This document shows, in pieces, positions 57,958-64,000 of a stretch of 64,000 bases of DNA. Source of the stretch: Macrostomum lignano. Taxonomy: Eukaryota. The stretch is taken from positions 62,001 to 126,000 of the forward strand of contig NIVC01001916.1 of NCBI GenBank assembly GCA_002269645.1. Direction: 5' to 3'. The position numbers and the translations under genes were made by a program. Under the pieces are notes generated by a model. The model ran no database searches and was not told where the DNA came from. It worked only from the letters and a program-made list of their open reading frames with translations. Within the stretch, counting starts at the first letter, position 1, and every line of letters starts with the position of its first letter.

Positions 57958-58996
57958 ATGGGCAGCACAATCTCGCACTTCTATTTCGTTCGTTCAGTCC
58001 TGCACTTCATCGGCCACGTTCGTCGCGTGGTGTTCCTCAGGCCCACCCTGCCGCAGGTAGTCGTATCCGAGCTGGTCTACCAGACCCACCTGGACCGCGA
58101 TCGCGTCCATCACATGTTTCGCGTGTTCATCTCCTTGGCCCAGGCGAACGGTCGAGTGACGCCGGAAATTCTATCGGAGAGTCTGCCCGGTTGGTCGACT
58201 AATCCGCTGAAGTCCTACCTGAAACGGGCGATTTTCAACGGCTCTGAGGCGGTCACGTTTCCCGAGTTGGTGAAACGAGTCGCCCTGTTTTGTCCCGAAA
58301 GCCGCTTCAGTCCCGTGGTTAGCGAACTGACCCAGGAGGAAGATGCCAGCTTCTTTGAGGGTGCCGCTAGTAAGAATGAGAGGTAAGTAGGTGAGTGACA
58401 GTGAGATAATGGGTGCAGTTAATTTGTTAGTTTGCGACATGAGTGAGTACATGGGTGATTGTGTATGAATAAGTTTTTGAGTAAGGGAAATGATGAGTGA
58501 TTGAGTTGTCCTGTAATGAGTGAATGACTATAGGAGCTACATGTATTCGTACTTCACAACCATGAGGACCAACCCCCAAGGCGCAGAGTGTTACATGCCT
58601 GCATGACAATTACGCCCGTAGAAAGTTGTAAAACGATGTGAAATATCCTCACCCAGATTCCAAAGGAAGAGGCTGCTGATGCTGTTTGACCTGGCCAATC
58701 AGCGCAGGAACGGGCAAATCTCCTGCTCCGAGTTGGGCCGCCTAATTCGCTGCCTACTCAAGACTACAATCCCGGACGACACTCCGATGATAATTCCGCA
58801 AAAGGTGATCACGGAAATTGCTCAAGTTGTCATTATTAGTGTACACGAGAGAAACGAGGCCCATTGCTGGGCTGTATGCCGCTCCAAGCAGCGAGAAGCG
58901 CTCCTGGCCGAGGAGGAGGCGGTTCAAGGCTCCCATCGGATGGTCATCACTCGGGAGATGTTTCTGAGCGAGCTGAGTAGACAAGATTTCGCTTAA
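57958..58996 (+). CDS. Calcineurin-B/neuronal calcium sensor-like EF-hand protein (254 aa), 2 exons, divergent
   Basis: Exon 57958-58382 (AG|GTAAGT) plus exon 58657-58996 (ccag|A) in frame. N-terminal MGSTIS myristoylation motif; QTHLDRDRVHHMFRVF..NGRVT..NPL..AVTFPELV..LFDL..NGQISCSEL parallels the recoverin/CnB layout. Confidence 0.75.
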
Positions 58997-59459
58997 CATA
59001 CTACTATAGATAAGGCAGATTAATACTTTAGTAGTATCATAGTCGAAGCGTCAAATCTGCACTTTTGGTGTTTCATGAACGATTGAAGTTTAAAAATTCT
59101 AACTAACTAATCAATCATTTTGACACATTGAAGCCTATCATTAACAATTTGCTATCCCCTGTTAAATTAGTACTGTTCTCCCCTGGGAAATGTGCGAATT
59201 TGTTCTGTACAGCGCAATCCGCCGTCCGCTGGCAAATATGTAATTTTACATTGCACCGACATTCAGCCAACGGGACCGGCGTTGCTGCCGTTCGGATTGC
59301 TGTACTGCACTACATTTTCGGGTGTACCTCCCGGTTGTAAAAGTTCTCTCTGTTTGGGAACTCCCGTCCAAGCCGTAAAAGTTTCATGTATTTTAGACTT
59401 TATGCAGTACATACAGTAGATGTATGTGGCATGATTCAAGTGAAGTAGACGCCGTTAGC

Positions 59460-60140
59460 TTCCCAGTTTAGGCCCTTAAGTTCACCTTAAGTCTCGAGCC
59501 TCTTCTGTGGGAAGTCTTCTTAGCTCTTAGTAGCGTAGGTAGTGCTGCCACCAGTTCCTTCAGGTCTCGGCCTTCGGTGAGGTGAGCTTCCCGTCGGAAC
59601 GAAATAAAGAAGTCAACGAACTCAGCACCGTGTGCAGATTTGCAGCTCAACGTGCAGGGCGTCTCGTCAGCAGATCCTGCCGGGCTTGGTGGTGGATGGG
59701 AGGGCTGTGTTAGCCTCTCGTAGGCTCGGGGTTGGCTTTAGATGGGTCTCAGTCAGGCCAATAGCAGAGAACTCAATGTACGCAGACAGAGAACGGGCGT
59801 TCAATCTCAGACAAGGGCTCACACAGGATCTTGGAAGACGAAACTCGCACGAAAGACTATGTCTCGGAAAACCAGTTGACGGAAACAAGGGGGAGAGGGG
59901 TCCTATTTATAGCAGCGCTCACCAGACCTCGTGACTTGTTCTATTTTTAGAATTGACGTCACTTGAGGTCTCCGGGCAGAGTGCACCAGGCTGTGACTCA
60001 GTATCTATTTTTAGAAAGATGAGTCGACCACTCCTCTCCTTAGAGAAGGGAAGGGCCTTAGGCACGTGATTCTCCCGGTAAGCAGGACCAGCGCGAGTGC
60101 AGTAAACATGTTTACTACACTTTAGGACTCCAAGAAGCAA
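59460..60140 (-). mobile_element. CR1/L2-type LINE fragment (end of ORF1 and start of the ORF2 AP endonuclease), degenerate
   Basis: LRLNARSLSAYIEFSAIGLTETHLKP (59667-59888) matches the APE motifs LNARSL and IGLTETWL; the ORF1 assignment is weaker. Confidence 0.7.
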
Positions 60141-63092
60141 GACCTGTCATGTGACTTGCTCAACCAAACAAGGACAGCCCACAGCAGAGGAGCTGAAGGC
60201 CGAGAACAATAAAGGCACAGGAAACGAACAGAAGGGAGAGAAGGGGCAGCAAACAGGCAGCCAAAAGGGAAGCGGGAAGCTGACCAGCGGCAGACAGCAA
60301 CCCAGGGCAAGAACAAGGGCGAAGGGACTGCTGACAAAGGGGGACGCCTTACACTAAACTAGCGGCTCACTACACAAGTAAGAGAGAGTATTACTTATTG
60401 GCGCAAAATGTGCAAATGTCGACATTTTCCAAAAGTAAAACTGTACATATTGACTAATTCACATCTACGCATATGCATTTCACTGTGTGCACGACACGAG
60501 CGTAAAGACGACCGTGAACAATTCGATTAATTCAGCACCCGTCACTACAGAGACGGTGTATGTACAGTCAAATTATTGTCGCCCCTAGCTATTTGAGTTC
60601 ATTCAAAGTATACATGTAAACTACCGGGCTGAGGGCAAAAAGCTAAGGGCGCCTGGGATATAATAAGCTTATCATTCCAGTGGGTAAGCCACGGTTGAAT
60701 CAACCGGATGGCACTGTTGAGGCCATTGATCGTTGCTTCTCATCGAAGAATTACCCATTACATGTACGTGTTGTTCCGTGAAACAACGTTGGGCCAGCGA
60801 TGGGTCTCGATGGTTGAACTACATGCAAATCGACGCTCTTAAGGCTCTTATAATAATCGGGAGTCCCAGCTCTTTATATGCATCAGTCTCTCGGTTGCTA
60901 TTTAATTAGGGTATATTAGGGTATATTTTGATCACCGAAACAAATACAGTACATTTAGTATCTGTGGGGAGGACTCAGTCTTATCAACTTATTAATTATA
61001 TATGTAGATCAAAGAGTACTCTTTGATGTAGATCATTATTTTGCTTATGCAGCAGGTAGTAAGGAAAGCGGCACGCGTTCTTTAAAAACTGAATGAACAC
61101 GCACCCAAAACACCTTAATTTTTTTATCCAAAACTGCATGTTGATGTAAACAACGGCCAAACAAACGTGTTTCCAACAAAGCCGTTTTTCCACTGCGATT
61201 CATTTAAACTCAACTAATTAAACACAAAACTTAATGATTTGCGGTTAAGCCGGTTGAGACAGTTGTTTTATTTTTTCATCAATCATTTCTCGAGCTTTTA
61301 GTTAGAAAATTGAAGTGTGTACCCGAAGCTTTAAATTTTGTGTCGCTTAGTTTACAAAAGGCCTACTAAAAGTAATGTTTCACTTAGTTACTGTACGAGT
61401 ATATACAGTGATCATTGTACTGTACGTAATGAGTTCCTCGCAACGTTGCGATGCATAAGATGGCGGCGCAAGAGACTCTTTCTTAAAATAGTGGTTCTCC
61501 GCTTGTGGAGCTAGTTCTACAAAGCATGCACCGCGTAAAATTAAATTATCGGGTCGAGTAAAGAAACATACTTTCTTAATTTTATAAAATTTGTTAACAA
61601 CGTAAAGCAAAAACACTATAACTTTTGCTTATAAAAAGCCTAGTTTTGTTCTACTGTTGTTCTACTGGTTTCTTGGAATACGCCAAATTTTACACGCGCA
61701 GTGGATCAGGTCATGTATAGTGTACTGTACTGAGTAGTGAGTACTGGGCGACTGGTCAATGGTTCAATGCCAAGGGGACTTGACAAAACCTAGTTCTTAG
61801 AGTACTTAGACCTTTTTTTCAGTTTCCTGCAAACTTATTTATTTACTCACTGAACTTAAAAGTTACCAGGTCCAATTGACTCACATCTACATGACTACAT
61901 GTCATACAAGTAAGTAACATAACTATATTTAGCTCTAACACTGACTAAGAAACATCAGAAAACTTTATTCGATTTTCGAATTCTGCTGTGCCAAAAAGAA
62001 CTTAAAGAACTGGGACAAATAAACCATAAAGTTCAACTTAATTTCCTCGTATGTAATGTAACTGTGTAGACCTCAACACATTCATAGATTATAGGGCCTA
62101 TTAGGCTATTATATTCTACAATAATATAGGGCTAGGGCCTCAGTCGACAGTCTAAGGCTATAGCAGTAAGCAGTTATGTAGGTACTTATGTAGGCCTATG
62201 ACTGTGTCTTAGGCCTATGTCTAGTCTAGAAGTATTTTTTTCATGTAGGCCTAGTTTATGTAGTCTGTATATATTTGATAATGATAGGCCTAGGCCTACA
62301 GGCTACATATTCATTTTTTGTCATTTTGTGATTTTTTCAACAAATCATTTTTTGTGATTTTTGTCACAGAAAAATATCTATCTAGCCTTTGTTTTTATTG
62401 TAGGCCTATGGTTATGGATTAGGTTGTGGGCAATGTAGGATGATAATTACAAACTATGTGAGACAGGCATTAATAATAGCTCTAATACTTTTAAATTTTA
62501 CTCGTTTTATGTTTGCCTTTCTTAGAAAAACCTTTATTCAAATCTGCGTGAAATATTTGTTTGAATGTTGTAGTTTGCAAAAATATTTCTGCAATTATTA
62601 TTTTGTTTAAACTATAACGAATTTTGGGTATAAATAGACACGCTGAGCAGACTTGAGGAAGCAACCGTTTGCTGCCTCTCAGTTTTTGATAAGCAAATTT
62701 AGTTTGTTCTAAATATTGAAATCGCTTAAAGACTTAATCATTTCTTAGAGTATAAGAACCCCAATTGGGAGTATCAGAAACTGCTACAAGCGAGAAACTG
62801 CCTCAGGGCAGTAAATTATAAATTCGCCTCAGGGCAGGAGAACCACCTCATAACGAGAGAAGATCGCCTCAGGGCAGAGAAAGAGCATAAGCTGTGACCC
62901 TCTGATCCAGGGAACGCCCAGGACTAAGAGAATAATATTAGGAGAAGCATAGGAATAGAATAGACAGTGCTATTAGACCGCTCAGGCTAGAAAGTACAAT
63001 AGAAGTACATATGCTACCAATAGAAGTACATGCGCTACCAGTAGAAAGACAATTAATAACCAGTAAAATTATTAAGGAGAAATAGCTTTATT

Positions 63093-63265
63093 ACAACTTT
63101 GGGTGGCATTTAGGATTCTCAGTGTACAGGGAAGAGCACTATGACAACTTGGTTACAGCGGTAGGATTTTGTATCGTACGGGAAACCCCTAGCACAACTT
63201 GGTGGCATAACGGTGGAATTCTTATAGAGAGCCAAAAGGCCTGTAACAACTTTGGTGGCAGCTAG
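63093..63265 (+). other. Array of four ACAACTT(T)GGTGGCA-type motifs spaced 50-52 bp apart, resembling LTR-end + tRNA-Leu primer-binding sites
   Basis: Motifs start at 63093, 63144, 63194 and 63246; the consensus approximates TGGTGGCAGCGGTGGGATT; the intervening sequences differ. Confidence 0.55.
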
Positions 63266-64000
63266 TAAGGCTAGCAAAAGGAATAATTAAGAGCCCTACG
63301 ACATATGTGAATGTGAGTTTGCTATACTATATTGCTACATGTATGTTTTTAATTAAATACTTTTTTTGTTTTAAAACATGATACTTATAGTTATAGAAAG
63401 TTAAAATACTAATACAAATAAATTAGAAAACAACTTAATATGCTAAATTATAGGCACCCTATGGCCTATCTATTACACAAGGGAAAAAGAACTTAAAACA
63501 TGAGTTAAAGCAAAAAATGCTAAAGAAATGCTTTTCTATTAGGCCTATAGTCTTATATTTTAGGCCTATTATAGACTTTTTAGGCTTAGTTAGCCTACAA
63601 AGGTTTTGGAAATTCTAGCTATATTAATTTTTTTATCAATAGAGATTGGTGATAAAGGTTACCCTATTGAAATAAGTTTCAAAAACCTGTAGACACGCAA
63701 CACGGGTGCCAAAATTGTGCCCTCAAAAGTGCAACACAATACCAAATTTTGTTGACTAAGGCCAAGGGGTAGCAACACGCAACACAACACTAATGTCTAT
63801 TGACCAAATGACCGGGGGACACCACAGCAGCCACATTGCAATTGACAATTCCCATTCTGCTATTCACTCCCAATACCAAGACCATAAGGCAAGGGACGAG
63901 AATATTCCTTTCAATTTTGTGGAAAAAGAAATAAAATTTAAAAATAATAAACAGTAAAATAACAAAGGTACAACATTTAGAAAAATAATGCACACATTGT

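Noticed and set aside
61457-61490. AAGATGGCGGC (YY1/Kozak-like) gene start
   Set aside because: The frame closes after 8 codons and no downstream exon could be linked.

Overview
Eukaryotic (animal) genomic DNA with spliceosomal GT-AG introns, many intronic minisatellites and decayed transposons. The style (minisatellite-filled introns, GC-rich poly-Q coding, double-alpha-crystallin sHSP) suggests a flatworm such as Macrostomum, but that is inference only. Genes I could reconstruct by hand with in-frame splicing: a multi-PLAT/LH2 protein (minus, about 9.0-19.9 kb); three tandem small secreted, strongly cationic peptide genes that are absent from or only fragmentary in the ORF track (minus, 21.3-31.5 kb); a CLIP3/CLIP4-like ankyrin + 3x CAP-Gly gene (minus, 32.4-37.6 kb); an intronless two-domain small heat-shock protein with a canonical HSE+TATA promoter; a secreted PAN + TSP1-repeat protein (plus, 51.6-55.4 kb); and a myristoylation-motif EF-hand-like protein (plus, 58-59 kb). 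A 14.4-kb near-perfect palindrome (arms 35161-41833 and 42896-49567, spacer 1062 bp) duplicates the sHSP gene and the 5' half of the CLIP gene. Mobile DNA includes Gypsy remnants, an RTE LINE, a CR1/L2-type LINE fragment, a hAT MITE with an 8-bp TSD, tRNA-derived SINEs and a 1.6-kb foldback element. The best novelty candidates are the secreted cationic peptide cluster, the palindrome, an orphan HSE cluster at 56.2 kb and a ~51-bp-period array of tRNA-Leu PBS-like motifs at 63.1 kb. All gene models are manual and untested.
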